From positions 13,084,001 through 13,148,000 of the forward strand of contig NC_058383.1 of the NCBI RefSeq assembly GCF_018350175.1: 64,000 nucleotides of DNA. Direction: 5' to 3'. The notes beneath the pieces were generated by a model. That model did not search any database. It had not been told where the DNA came from and worked only from the letters and a program-made list of their open reading frames with translations. The first letter of the stretch is position 1; each line of letters starts with the position of its first letter. Source of the stretch: Felis catus. Taxonomy: Eukaryota. Shown here one piece after another: positions 25,224-38,395 of the stretch. The translations under genes and the position numbers were made by a program.

Positions 25224-26273
25224 ATTAAATAATCAGTTTCTTAACTAGGTATTAGACTATTCGTGTTATCTGTTTCTTTTTGAGATAGTTTTGGTTATTT
25301 ATGTTTTTATAGAAATGTTTCCATTTCATTTAACTTGTTGAATTTATTGGCATAAAGTTGTTTATATAATATTTCCTTAATGTTTTTAAAAATATTTTTA
25401 TGACCTGTGGTGATTCTACATCAATTATTGTTGGTATCTCTTCCTTTTTCTCTCTCATTTCTATCTGTATAACAGGATTTATCAATTTTATTGACCTTCT
25501 TAAAGAACCAGCTTCGTCGGTTGTATTGATTTTCTCTGTTGATTTCTGTTTATATTTCACAGATTTCTTTCTGCTTACTTTGGGTTTACTTTGCTTGTTT
25601 TTCTAGTTTCTCAGTGGAAGTGGGGGTTCATTGGCTTAAGATCTTTCTTCTGATATTGACATTTAACATTATAAATTTCCCTATAAATACTACTTTAAGA
25701 GCACCTGTCAATCCTAATGCATTGTGTTTTCATTTATTTAAAAATACTTTTAATTTCCTTTGTGATTTCTTTTTTTTATACTTTTTTTTTAGACATGTTA
25801 TTTACTCCAAATATTTAAGGATTTCCCAGACATCTTTATGGTGTTGATTAGCTCCATTGCTTAAAGAAAATTCCTTGTATTATTGAAATTTGTTAAAAAA
25901 TTTTTTCCTGCACTTGTTTTATAACTGAGAATCCAGTCTGTTTTTGTAGATTGTCCCTGTGAAATTTTGAAGAATGCAGTTTTCTTCTGTAGTTAGGTAG
26001 ATAGAGTGTTTTGTAACTATCAGGTCCGGTTGGTTTATAGTATTTTTTAGTTCTGTTATTTCCTTGTGTTTTGTTTGTTTGTTTTGCCTGCTTGTTCTAT
26101 CTAGAGAGGCATGTTGAAATCTCTTAGTATAATTGTGGTTTTGTCTCTTTCTTACTGATTTATCGCTATTGTAAAGCTGTTACTAGATGTATAAACATTT
26201 AGGTTTGTTATATTTTCTTGGTTGATCACTTAATTATTATGAAATGATTATTTTTATCTCTGGTAATAGTTTT

Positions 26274-26275
<2 letters not shown>

Positions 26276-26316
<41 letters not shown>
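26276..26316. repeat. (AT)n microsatellite, ~20 units
   Basis: Read directly from the sequence. Confidence 0.97.
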
Positions 26317-26320
<4 letters not shown>

Positions 26321-26422
26321 CTTAAGTTTGCTTTTAAGTAGTGTTAGGAATCTTTGTTTTATTTTTTCTCCATCTATTTACATTCATTCTGTTTCTATCT
26401 TCGTATTTAAAGTGCACCTCTT

Positions 26423-26648
26423 GGGGCGCCTGGGTGGCGCAGTCAGTTAAGCGTCCGACTTCAGCCAGGTCATGATCTCGCCGTCCGTGAGTTCGAGCCC
26501 CGCGTCGGGCTCTGGGCTGATGGCTCAGAGCCTGGAGCCTGTTTCCGATTCTGTGTCTCCCTCTCTCTCTGCTCCTCCCCCGTTCATGCTCTGTCTCTCT
26601 CTGTCCCAAAAAAATAAATAAACGTTGAAAAAAAATTAAAGAAAAAAA
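26423..26648 (+). mobile_element. Young SINEC_Fc-type CAN-SINE
   Basis: CpGs largely intact; variants CAGCCAGG, GGGCTGATGG, GTTTCCGATT, TCCCAAAA; perfect TSD TAAAGTGCACCTCTT at 26408-26422 and 26649-26663. Confidence 0.97.
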
Positions 26649-27014
26649 TAAAGTGCACCTCTTATAGGCCATATGTCAGTGGGTCTTGCTTTTTGAATTC
26701 TTGCTTTTTGAATTCAGTCTGATAATCTATGCCTTTTCATTGGGATGTTTACAATTTACATTTAAGACAGTTACTTATATCGTTATGTTGGAGTCTGTCA
26801 TGTTGCCATTTGTTTTCTGTTTCCATCTTTTACTGCCTCTTGGATTATTACATTATTAAGAATATTCCATTTTATCTCCTTTGTTGGCTTTTTAGATATA
26901 TAATTCTTCCTTCTGTTTTTTAGTGGTTGTTTTAGAGTTGATACTACATATCTTCGACTTATCACAATCTACCTTGAAGTGATATATCTTGTTATATTTA
27001 GTGTAAGAATGTTA

Positions 27015-27220
27015 GGGGTGCCTGGGTAGCTCAGTTGGTTAAGCGTCCGACTTCAGCTCAGGTCATGATCTCTTGGCTCATGGGTTCAAACCCCACGTCT
27101 GGCTCTGCACTGACTGGGTGAAGCCTGGAGCCTGCTTCAGATTCTATGTCTCCCTCTCTCTCTCTGCCCCTCCCCTTCTTGTGCTTGCTCTCAAAAATAA
27201 ATAAATAAACATTAAAAAAA
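27015..27220 (+). mobile_element. CAN-SINE
   Basis: GGGGTGCCTGGGTAGCTCAGTTGG...AATAAA tail; TSD AAGAATGTTA / AATAATGTTA. Confidence 0.93.
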
Positions 27221-27900
27221 TAATGTTATAGTTACCATTCTGTTTATTTGTTTTCTCCTTTCCAGCCATTATATTGATGATGACGTGAGTTTTAATTTTA
27301 CATGTTAAAAATGTTACAGTACATTGCTATTGTTTGCTCCAATAGGAAATTGTCTTTTAAAGAGATTTGTATAAGAAGCAAATCTTAAACTGTATACCAT
27401 ATGGTTAACAATTCCAGTGGTTCAGTTTCTGGTGCCCTTCATTCCTTTCTGTAGATCCAGTTTACATGTCAACATTCTCCTTTTGCCTTTAACATTTCTT
27501 GCTGGTGGAGGTCTATTGGTAATGCAATCTTTTTGCTTTTGTATGCCTGCAAACATCTTACTTTGCCTTTGTTTTTGAAAGGTGGATTTTCCTGGCTGCA
27601 CATTTTTAGGTGTACAGTTTTTGCTTTTTCAGTATTTTAAAGCTGTTGCTCTACCGTTCTCTCATTGTTTGCTGTGAGAAATTTAATGTCATTGGTAACT
27701 TATTTCCTTGTAATGTCATAGGTGTCTTCTTTGAGGGCTTTTTAGATTTCTCTCTTCTTCATTGCTTTTCAGTCTTTGATTATGTTGTGCCTTGGTATAG
27801 TTTATTTCACGTTTCTTTTGCTTTAATTTGTTGACTTTCTTTGATGTTTTGGTTTATAGTTTTCATCAAATTTAGAAATTTGTGGTCATTTTTTCTTCAG

Positions 27901-27936
<36 letters not shown>

Positions 27937-30900
27937 GTCACCTGCCCCTTTTTGGGGGACTCCAGTTACTGTGGTTTTCTGAAATTTTCTCACAGCTTAC
28001 TGGTGCTGTTTTCATTTCCCATCAGTCTTTTTTCTCTTTGTTTCATTTTGGTTGGTTGCTAATGCTATGCCTCAGGTTTGCCTATATTTCCTTCTGCTAT
28101 GTCTAATCTGTTACTGATCTCATTCAGTGCATTTTTCATCTGAAACATGGTTTCATTTCCGGAAGTTTGATTTTTGTATTTCCATGTCTTTACTTAATTA
28201 TTTGAACACAATAATTGTTTTAATGCCCTTGTTTGCAGGTAACTTTTGTGCCTGTACTGGTTCAGTTCCAATTTACTGTCTTTTCTATTCATTACAGGTC
28301 ATGTTTTCTTGTCTTTTTGTGTGCCTGGTACTTTTTGATTAGATACTATAAATTGTGTATTTTACTTTGTTGGCTGCTAGATATCTTTATATTTTTTTAA
28401 GTCTTTTTGAGCTTCATTCTGTGGTGCAGTAAATAATTTGGCAACAGTTTGATTCTTTTGAGTTTTTCAGTTATGATTTGTTAAGGAGGCTCTGGAAAAG
28501 AGCTCAGTGTAGGGTTGATTTTTCTCCATTGCTTTTGCAACACCTTCCAGAACATTCTCTCCAATACTTCATGAAGTATGAGTTTTCCAGTCTTGCTGCT
28601 GGGAGGAGGCACCTGTCACAGTCTGTGTGAATGCCAGGACGTGTGCCTTCTAATCCCTTTGTGTGTTTTTTCCCCCCAGCCTTGTAAAGTTTCCTCTCAC
28701 TGTGTTGATCTCTCCTCTACTGCATCCTAAGGGGAACTCTCTGTAGATCTCCAGGGTCCTCACTCTGTGTAATCCTCACTCATGCTAACTGTAGCTGCCT
28801 TGGTCTCAGACTTCCAACTCATGGAGTCTTCCTGGATCTGCCTCAGATTTCCCCTCCTTGCATTACACTCTGAACACTCCAGGCAGTAAATTGGAGCATA
28901 GGGATTTCCTCATTTGTTTCCTGTTTCTTGAGGATTATGTTTTTAGTTGCCTCACAGCCAGTGTCTCAACAAGCATTGTTCCATATATTTTGATGGCTGT
29001 TTTTTGTTGTTTCAGGCAAGAAGGTGAAGCTGGGGTCTGTTACAGTATCTTGCCCAGAAATGGCCAATCCCCTTAAAGATATCCTCATCTCCTTTTAGCC
29101 AAGGTCAAGACCATAATTCGTGTTTCCTGCTTTGTCTTTTGGTGAATTGACTCTTCCTCCAAGTCCTTTCTTGCTTCCTAGTATATTTGACAATCATTTG
29201 GTATTTGATACTATAAATTTTCAGAGGTACCACCATCATTAACCTTTACCAGAACTAAGATACATCTTTGAAGTGGAGGGAATATAGTCAGAATAGTCAC
29301 AAATTCTAGTATCCTAATACTCTGCCCTTTATAAAGTATGTACTCAGGGAATATTTCTTACATGTTAATTCAGTGTAAAATTTGCATGTTTTGAATGTCG
29401 ATAGGGCAGTAATATTTCATGATGAGTCTATATTCTGAAGTATTTTAAAGAAAATAATACCTTTTGGGAGGATTTATACTTTTCTAGACAGAGACTTAAT
29501 GCCCCTGGTGTATTTTGGATTTGGGTTCTAACTCTATTCTACTTCCTCACTTTCATATATATATGAATGTTTTTCTGTTTTCTGTTTTCTTGTTATGCTT
29601 CTTGAAACCATACTTGTCATTCTTATACCTGTAGAACCTCATACAGCCCTTGGCATAGCGGTGTTCAATTAATATTTTATGATTTGGACTGAGGGGGCTA
29701 GTGTTTAAGGCATTAAGTACATTGTTATGGCTTTACCTAGAATCTCTATATCATAGATTCCTAACTATCTCTATATTACAGTATAAACCACATCTATCTC
29801 CTTGTAGCTTGTTATTACATGTCTTTGGTATGTTGTGAAAGAGCTGTCAGAGAATGAGTGCTTTATTACTTAGAATTACTAGTTAAGTGTTGTTTTGCCA
29901 TTGATCAGAATATCTTTTTCACTCTACTGTATTCATTGTGGTATTTTACTGTAATTGGAGGTAGTCTTGAGGTGAAAGTCTTGCTGGATTTCCCATTGTG
30001 ACCTTGTGGCAACATCACTGTTTGGTGGGGATCAATCAGGTATTTTTTACTTCTGTTTTTGTTTTGCTGGTCTTTCATAATTTGAAAATATCTGCTCCAT
30101 TCTCTGCCCTACTTCTTGGTCCTTCCCATCTGTGCTCTGACCCAGTGTTAGGTTGTAGAGGAAACAAAACAAAACATAGAGGTCAGCTTCTATTAAACTC
30201 TGTTCCAGAAAAATTGAATAAAGAGCTCTTGAAGATAAAAGGCTATATACCCCCTTGTCAGATAACCTTGCCAATTTGAGATGTTGATTACTTACCTTGG
30301 CTGAGGAATCTTGGAATTGATGACTCCCTTTAAAATTCATTCTCTTTTCACTTGATGGAACAAAATAGCTTTATTTTCCTTTTATTGTTCCTCTCCCCCT
30401 CACAAAATAAATTATATGATGTTTCCTCTCTGAACGCACAAGTATTCTTTCAGTCTCCTCAGGCCTGAGATCTGGGTGGGCGTCTGTGTGCCTGAGTGTG
30501 TGGTATGTGAGATGTGTGTGTATGTGTTTATATTTTCTCCATCCTCAGATTCATCCAGTTCTAGAAATGCTTATAACTTGCTTGCATTGCATGGTTCTGG
30601 CTCCCTCTGCAGCCCCAAATGGAAAAGTGCTTTGTTGTCTTTTGTTGCTGAAAAATCCAGCTCCCAGACTTCTTTCTTTGAATAGAGAGCATCCCAGCTG
30701 GTGTGCAAGTACAGATTGAGATTTCAGATTTAGGAATGCAATTTTTTTTTTTTTTTTTTTTTTTTGGCAAGGCTTATGGAAGACTGAAGACACATTTCAG
30801 GAGAGCTCCAAGAGGTGAGAAGATAGAGAGGAGGGTGTGGAGAGAAGGGAGAAAAGGCACAAAATGGGCAAGCACAGCTGCAAAATTAATGTAGTAAGGA

Positions 30901-31929
30901 GGTTGATTTACTTACAGGTGTTTACTGTAAACTTTTGTTGAGAAATTAGGGAGTTGCAGAGTAGAAGCCTACAGCTACCATGGGCCTTTCCAGGCCTGTT
31001 TAATTGGATGACACACCCAGGACATTAGTGCACTGCTCACATGGATGAGTTGTGTAATGTGGTTTTTGGTGTTGGTTTGGCTGTTGAACATTTAAGGTGA
31101 CTGTAGCTAGGGCTTGACATTTTAACTTTAAATTACTGATTTTTAATGTACTCTTGAGAGTTTAGTTCTCCCCATAAATCTAGAGCTGCTGTTAAATGGC
31201 AGCACCATGATCCCTGGGTTCCAGAATAGAAATTCTTTAAGCAGTAGTCAACCAAGTTGACCTATAATGAGTCCAAGGTAAATAAGGGAAGAATTTGTAG
31301 ACACATTTTGCCTCAGTGAAGCAAAACTGTGACCATTGAAAGTTGGCTTTTAGGGTGCTAGTGTATTCTGTTTGCTCATGTGGGTGCTGGTCACACAAAT
31401 GTATTTAGTGTGTAAACATTATACTTCCATGTGCATTTCTTTTGTATGTTACACATGAATAATAAGTTTATTTCTCATATGTTAAATGCTTTTTAAGAGC
31501 ATTCACCAAAGTGCTGTTTATGTAATAAGCCACAGCACATGTGAGTACACGGATGCCTGTTGTGCAAAGCCACCCCTGCTCTAAGTCAGACCACATTACC
31601 TCTTGTCTTCTTTAAAGGGGGAAGTGCATATGCACATCTAGGTATGTAAGATGATTCTTATTTAATTGATCATCAGAACATTAATATAAATCCATGCTTT
31701 TAGAGTTATTGCATATTCATAAAGTAAGTTTTGGACCTTTGAGTTAAATTCTTATTTAATTAGTAAGTGTCATTGATTTTTAGTTTTTTTCTTTCTTTCT
31801 TTATATAATCTTTCTCAGGATTTAGGATCCCTGTGAATTGTTAACCTGTGTTCTTTGTGAGGCCACATAACACATATTAACTTTCTTAGAAAGTCATGGT
31901 GATGTTGGTTCTGTTTGAAATTAAGTGTT

Positions 31930-32095
31930 GGGGTGCCTGGGTGGCTCTTTCAGTTAAACCTCCAACTCTGGATTTCAGCTCAGATCACGATCTCATGTTT
32001 CGTGGGATCGAGCCCCCACATTGGGCTCTGTGTTGACAATGTGGAGCTTGCTTGAGATTCTCTCCCTGCCTTTCTTTCTGTCCCTCCCCCACTCA

Positions 32096-32151
<56 letters not shown>

Positions 32152-32181
32152 AAATAACTAAACAAACAAACTAAAAAAAAA
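31930..32181 (+). mobile_element. Older CAN-SINE with expanded (CT)n at 32101-32147
   Basis: GGGGTGCCTGGGTGGCTC head; TSD-like GAAATTAAGTGT / GAACTTAAGTAT. Confidence 0.92.
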
Positions 32182-33439
32182 GAACTTAAGTATGATAAAT
32201 TTTTAGAATCAGAAAAGTGGTTTGTGGGCAGTTTTATTATCTACTTCTCACTTTCCCTTCCCATGTTCTGTGCTTGACTTGTATAACATCTCATCCTTGT
32301 TTTCTTGAATCCTTTGTATCTTCTCTCTCGCAGTGTCATTAAACTTTTTGCACACTTAGAAGATTAAAGCTTGATATTCTTACTTTAAAATTTGGTGAAT
32401 AATTGTTAAAATTCAGCACTGGTTTGTACTATTCTCTAATAGTAGTTTAGAGATATCTCTAATATCTAGTTTAGAGATTTGTTATTTTTGCTCTTTAGAC
32501 TTAAAAGCAGTTAGCTTTTATCCTGGACTGAAATGCACATAGCCTTGTTGATTTTAGTGGAAATGATCAAGCTCCAACTTTTCTCTGGAGGCCTCCTAAA
32601 ACTGTTGAAAGGACTGTAATCCACAGAAGCAGACTTGAAGGTGAGAAGGGCAGGAGGTTCTCAGAGGAGTTCTTGCTTGGATCTCTGCAGAGAGAGTGCG
32701 AGATTTCATGGTGGCATGTTTCTGTCACAGGTCTTGTGTAGCAGTCACAGACCCTGAACCCAAGCACTGGATTTCTATTTGGAGCAGACATTGACCTGTT
32801 TTTCTGGGCTGAAAACAGTGAAGTGTATCAGTTTTGGTAGCTTGAGTTATAAGAAACCTAAATTAGTTTGAAGTGGAATTGCCCTGATGAAAGGGCAGTT
32901 GAAAGCCCTTGACACTGGACAGAGGATTGTCTAGTGTCTAATCTTGGCTCAAAATGCACCAGACATAATGAGAGTCATTATGAACTGCCGATCTCCTACC
33001 CCTCCCCTCTGCAGACCGTATTAGACTTGCAAAAACAGCAAACACTGTGTGTGTTTGGCATGGTGCCCGCTGTGTACTAGAGAAAGAAAGCGTACCTTGT
33101 TTGCACTCCAACCAGATACTGGTGCATCGTGTTACAGCTCTGCTTGGTTCTGAACTCCTCTGTTCAGTCTCATCCTGACAGATGCTGTCACTGCCGCCCC
33201 TTAGCAAGACAAATGCAGCCACTCTGTGGGAGCTGGCATTTGCCCAGCTGTGCTTGCCAGTACCCCAAACCGAAGTGCTTGCGTACCTGTGGGGAGGTAA
33301 CAGCCTGTGGACCTCTTCTCTTCTGCCACTATGTGCATTACCTTTTGAGGTTTTGCCATTTCTGAAGGAGAAGTTGTTCTCTTTGGCTGACCAAATATAA
33401 GTGCGTGAGCCTTGAGCTTCTCTTCCTGCTTTTTAATCC

Positions 33440-34050
33440 ACAGATGTTTGTTGTTAAGCACCCACTGGACATGCCCAAGGAGGGTCCCTGCCCTCTAGGA
33501 GCCCACTGTCCTTTAGGTAGAAAGATAAGCAGACAGTCAAGATAATTGGGGCCTTAGTATTCCTGTGCCTGAGGGACTGTGGGAACAAAGGAAGGAGAGA
33601 TCTCTGGGGACCATCAGGGAAAGTGTCCTCTCACGTGGCTGTGAGGTTAAGTGGAGCTTAGAGCATGTGGCATGTGTTGCTGAGTCCAAGGTGAAAGAGA
33701 AGTGGCTTGAAATGAGCTTGATGAACCTAGCCTGGGGCGTGGATTTGAAGGCTGCAACAGGCAATGGGGGAGTCCTCGGAGGATTTTTAAAACAGATGAG
33801 TGGCCTTTTCAGCTTGTTTTATTTTTTAAAGAAGGATTACTCTGGCAGCAGTCTGAAGACTGGGATTATGCAAAAGGCAGTGAGAGCTGGGGAATAATGT
33901 TAGGCTGTTAAATTGGGAAGTAGGAAGCATGGAGCGTTTTTTGGACTTAAAAAAAAAAGTGAGGTCCTGAGTTCAGGTAGAGAGAGAGAGTAATTAAGGA
34001 CTGGAAGGGACTGAGAGATATTTAGGAGTTTAAGGTAAAGTGGTTTATTT
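33440..34050 (-). mobile_element. L2 fragment
   Basis: GTCCCTGCCCTCTAGGAGCCCACTGTC...TTTTAAAACAGATGAGTG...TTTAAAGAAGGATTACTCTGGCAGCAGT; boundaries approximate. Confidence 0.55.
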
Positions 34051-34408
34051 ACTTTATCACATTCAGCCAATAGCATAACTTGTAATAATTTGTAGAAGGG
34101 AACAAGTTTTTCCTCCAGAGCTCTGGTCTCTTCTCTTTCAATTCCTTTCTGTAGGTCTCTGGCCCATCTTGGTCCATCTGTCTGCTTTTCCACTGGACCT
34201 GCACCATCCGTAACAGCTGTCCTTTGGGACCCACAGATATAGTCTTGATTATTTGTCACTTTTGTTTCCTTAGGGGATTGCGGATCAACATGAATATGAT
34301 TGTATCCAACAGTGGATTAACGACCTATACCCTAGGCATCAGTGGTGAAAACATAAATGTGGAAGTCTAGTCAGTGAATCAAAGTTCCATTTAAAAGATT
34401 TAAGTGCA

Positions 34409-34640
34409 GGAGTGCCTGGGTTGCTCAATTGGTTAAGTGTCCGACTCTTGGTTTCGGCTCAGGTCATGATGTCATGGTTCATGGGTTCGAGGCCCGCATC
34501 GGGCCCTGTGCTGTCAGTGCAGAGCCTGCTTGGGATTCTCTTTCTCTCTCCCTCTCTCTCTGGCCCTCCCCCACTTGTTCTCTCTTGCTCTCTCTTTCTC
34601 TAAATAAGTAAATAAATAAATAAATAAATAAATAAGATTT
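34409..34640 (+). mobile_element. CAN-SINE with (TAAA)n tail
   Basis: GGAGTGCCTGGGTTGCTCAATTGGTTAAG...; flanked by TAAAAGATTTAAGTGCA and TAAAAGATTCAAAGGCA. Confidence 0.93.
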
Positions 34641-34657
34641 TAAAAGATTCAAAGGCA

Positions 34658-34771
34658 GGGGTGCCTTGCTGGCTCAGTCGGAAGAGCATGTGACTCTTGA
34701 TCTTGGGGTTGTGTGTTCGAGCCCCACATCTGGTGTGGAGATTATTTCAAAATAAAATCTTAAAAAAAAAA
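34658..34771 (+). mobile_element. Short tRNA-Lys-derived carnivore SINE
   Basis: GGCTCAGTCGGAAGAGCATGTGACTCTTGATCTTGGGGTTGTGTGTTCGAGCCCCAC (A and B boxes) followed by an A tail and TSD. Confidence 0.88.
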
Positions 34772-34819
34772 TAAAGATTTAAATGCAGATTATTTTAGTA
34801 AACTTGTGAATTACTTATC

Positions 34820-35109
34820 ATCTTTCTTCGTTTCCCTCCATTCCATCTTTCCTCCCTCATTTCTTTTCCCTTTTCTGTTTTCACTTATCCTTTGTCTTTC
34901 TTTTCCTCTTCCCCTTACCTTCCCTTTTCCCTCTTTCCTTCCATTTCCTTTCCTTTCCTTTCCTTTCCTTTCCTTTCCTTTCCTTTCCTTTCCTTTCCTT
35001 TCCTTTCCTTTCCTTTCCTTTCCTTTCCTTTCCTTTCCTTTCCTTTCCTTTCCTTTCCTTTCCTTTTTCCCTCTATCCTTTTCCTTTACCCCTCTTCCCT
35101 TCCCTTCCT
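34820..35109. repeat. Polypyrimidine tract with 24 perfect TTTCC units (34944-35063)
   Basis: Read directly from the sequence. Confidence 0.97.
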
Positions 35110-36649
35110 GTGCCCCCACCGGATGTATAAGTGATAGAGTTGAGCAGAGATATGAGGCTCTTGGGGGCTGTGTGTGATGACTTTGTGTGAGAATACAGGA
35201 GAGAGTGTACAGAGACTCTCAAAAGCCAGTCTCCCTCCAGGTTGTTCCTGATGTGGGGGAGGCTGTTATTTCCCATCTTGGATTGCAGCAAACTTGGGGA
35301 GAAGTCTGGAGGGTAGAAATTGAAGGCAGCTCATTAAACTACTTTGCCCACAGATGAATCTATTATAGCTAGAGATTAAAAGGTAGAAACATCTTTTTGG
35401 TCTGGGAGAGAGGTTTGGTCTGGGACTCAGAGCCCTGTTTGTCCAGGCTTTTTCATGCTACTGGGGACCAAAGATTTTCATGTCTCTGTTGCACTGATCC
35501 CTGGAATAGGATGATACAGGTGCCTTCCAAGTCTGCATGGGTGAGGATGTCTGCAAGGAGACATGACCAGGGCTGTCTGCAGGGAATGAAAAAGAGGGCA
35601 CGTATGAAATTTGGATACTTTAAAGTAGATCAGAGTTGATATAATCTCAGAGCCTGAAGAAACTCTTGGGGCCACTGGGAATGGGAGAATTCTGGAAGTA
35701 CTTCTCTGGGGGATCAGGAGTATGGGTTCTTCCACACTGAGAAGAGAGGAGGGCTCAATTATCATACTTTTCATGTCCTTGAATACAGTTGTGGTCTTTT
35801 TTTTTTTTCCCCTCATTTTCAATTATTTCATCACGTTTCCTCTAGGAATCAGCTTTACTTCTCGAAAGACAATGCTGTGATGCCATCTGCCAGTTTACAA
35901 AATGCTTCAGGATCCTCTCCACCGTGCTGTTTCTGCGCCCTTTCCCCAGGTCATGGTGAAGCCCTCACTTCCCCAGCCATGTGACCTTGTTCTCCGTATT
36001 CATTCCTCTCTTCAGGAACTGAACTAGGCATCTGGCAAGAAAGGCAGTGCGCACTGGAGGAGTCCTAGTACCAAAATGTGCTGGGAGGGGGGCTTGGTGA
36101 GGAGGTGTTTTGGGATGAGAAGTCTGTGCCACACATCTCAAACACTTAGGAAACTTCTTTGAAGAATTCCGTGCCTTCAGGATTTTTCTGCTCGATGCAT
36201 TTTTCATTGCTTTAGGAATAATCTTCTTAAAGCCCTTCCTTGTACTCTTGAACCTGTAAGTGACTGCCCGTTACTTACAGGTCCGAGTTCTGGAACGCGA
36301 GTCCTAATTAGCCTAATCAGGAAAGACCTTTTAGTCTCATCAAGTAAGCCTCGTCCCTCCCAGCATTCTTCTTCTAGGCGTCACCTCTTTCCATCTTCTC
36401 ACGTGCCTCTTCCCGCTGCTCTCTTCCATCTTCTGTAAAGCTCCAGATTTAGTGAGTACACTTTATTGCGCTCTAGGAAGCTTCCTTGCCACTTGTGGGG
36501 CATAGAGACACCTTCCTATTTCTGTTCCTGCTGCTGCAGGAGGAAAATACTGATTTTTAAAAAACCACTGACGCTTTATACTTTTACAGAAGAATATGGG
36601 TTCACAAGTCATACATTTGATGCATGATCATACTTAGCATTGTGGGAAT

Positions 36650-37220
36650 ATAAATAAATCTTAAGTCGTAACCTTGCCCTGAAGGAGTCTCCAGTACAGT
36701 GACCAACCTCCAACTAAACATGATGGAAAGTGGAAGTAACCGAATGGCCTCCGTGACAGGGAGGAGGTGGTGTCACAGAGAGGAAGTGGTATAAGGTAAC
36801 CCAGGGAAGTGCAGTGAGCATGGGGTGCGGGGGTGGGGGGGTGAAGAGGGCATGCTTTTGGGAAAAAGGAAGGCCTGCCAGGGCAGAGGGAGGACACAGA
36901 TGGAGGAAGGTCCCAGATGGATGGGGTGGAAGCAAATTGTGTAGCGTGTGGAGGCCAGGTTAGGGAATTGAGGCCAAGAAATGGAGATCAGTGATAGGTA
37001 GGTGAGTAGTTGAATAAGACAGAAATATGTGGGATGGTTAGAAGGGAGAGTTACAAAGACCAGCCAAAAGAGACTGCCGAGTTAAGGCAGCTGTGCTCAC
37101 AGTGGGAAGGATGGAGGTTGGTAACTGGGGAAGATGATTCAAAGAAAGAAATGACAAGGCTTGCTGACAGATCAGTGCAAGCCTTGTGGGGACTTTAGAT
37201 TCTATTTTAAACTGGAATGT
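36650..37220 (-). mobile_element. L2 fragment
   Basis: CCTTGCCCTGAAGGAGTCTCCAGT...GCCTTGTGGGGACTTTAGATTCTATTTTAAAC; purine-rich antisense L2; boundaries approximate. Confidence 0.45.
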
Positions 37221-38147
37221 TCTAACGCTATAGGTGTGTGTGACTGAAGTAAATGCAGTTTGCAAAGATTTAGATTTCATGGCAATACACTGTATTTGCA
37301 CCACAAAAGCAACTTTTAAATATTCTTGTTTAACTGTCACATCATTTTTTGTTCAACATCTGTCTCAACTTTCTTACTTACACATGCAAGTGATACCTGC
37401 CCACTCTCTAGGCTTAATTTGTTGAAGGCTAAGCCTGTGAACAGTGGGTTTGGTGGATAGTTCAAGGACTAAATTCAGTTGTCTCTTCTCCCATTCATTT
37501 TGAAGGAGAATCTGCTTTACAGAGACATTTTAAAAGGAATCCCTTCAATGTCAGGCTGTGTTTGCAAAAAATCAATGTAAGAGCATACTTCAGGAACTTT
37601 TCCCACCTAGTTAGATCTCCCAAGTCCAACACACACCCTCTCATCTTTGTCTGAGTCTCCCTGGTCTTGCTGCAGCTGTGGGGGCAGGTCCAGCCCACAT
37701 ACGTCCTGCCAGGGGATAAACGTGATACCTGTGCCTTTCATGAAACACTATCTGTGTGAAGTGAGCTCTTTGATCTTTAGTCTCCCCCGATGAAGCTAAG
37801 GGAAGATTAAGGAACACCTTTGAGTAGATGAATATTGGATGGGGTTTATATAATTTAAGCTCATACTCTTGTTAACCCTTTCACTCAGTGGGGAGACAGG
37901 AGAGCCTTGTGCAGTGATGGCTCCCACCAGGCAGAGGGTAGTGTCTTCTCTGGGTGCATCCTTCTCCTTTATGTAGGGCAGAGTAAATGTTAATTGATGA
38001 TTGTCATTTCTTTTAGGTTCACAGAGAAACCTCTATATATTGAATGAAATATACTGAAACGGAATTGGGGTCAGTTAGTATCTTTGTACTGAGCATCAGG
38101 GTTTTGGTGGCGAACAAGGCTGGTATTTCACGTCATAAAGGGTAACA

Positions 38148-38395
38148 GTAATAACGATAACACTGATTTCTTGAGTGCTTACTGTATGCAAGGTTCTAGT
38201 CTAAGCACTTTCCATCCCCTTTCATACACAGAACAAACTTACCAGGTAAGTATTATTAGTATCCCCCTGTTAGAGATAAGGAAATTGAGGCACAGAGAAG
38301 TTAAGTGATTTCTCCAAAGCCTCACAGCTTATAAGTAGTAGAGTCAGGATTGGAACCCGCTTAGGCAGGCCCCAGGTTCCTAACTCCTCTCTGTG
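38148..38395 (-). mobile_element. MIR, near full length
   Basis: TTGAGTGCTTACTGTATGC...GATAAGGAAATTGAGGCACAGAGAAGTTAAGTGATTTCTCCAAAGCCTCACAGCT (MIR core). Confidence 0.88.

Larger units (their letters stand above)
25224..29066 (-). mobile_element. Ancient L1M, right part (ORF2 5' half, ORF1, 5' end)
   Basis: TTATTGGCATAAAGTTG, AAAGAACCAGCTT, GTTGAAATCTC; ORF1-like TTTAACATTTCTTG...TTTTTGAAAGGT; 5'-end-like GTTTCAGGCAAGAAGGTGAAGCTGGGGTCTGTTACAGTATCTTGCCCAGAA. Confidence 0.75.

Noticed and set aside
26684..26715. Short tandem duplications (15 bp here; 20-bp period at 43045-43082; 12-mers near 32445, 35396 and 55607)
   Set aside because: Ordinary slippage events with only 2-3 units and no spacer-repeat architecture; not CRISPR-like
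34658..34735. tRNA-Lys-like sequence as a tRNA gene
   Set aside because: Stems are disrupted, it has an A tail and TSD, and no T-run terminator: a SINE or retrocopy
34806..35177. Long ORFs (FLSFP and KGKER repeats)
   Set aside because: Translations of the (TTTCC)n repeat, not genes
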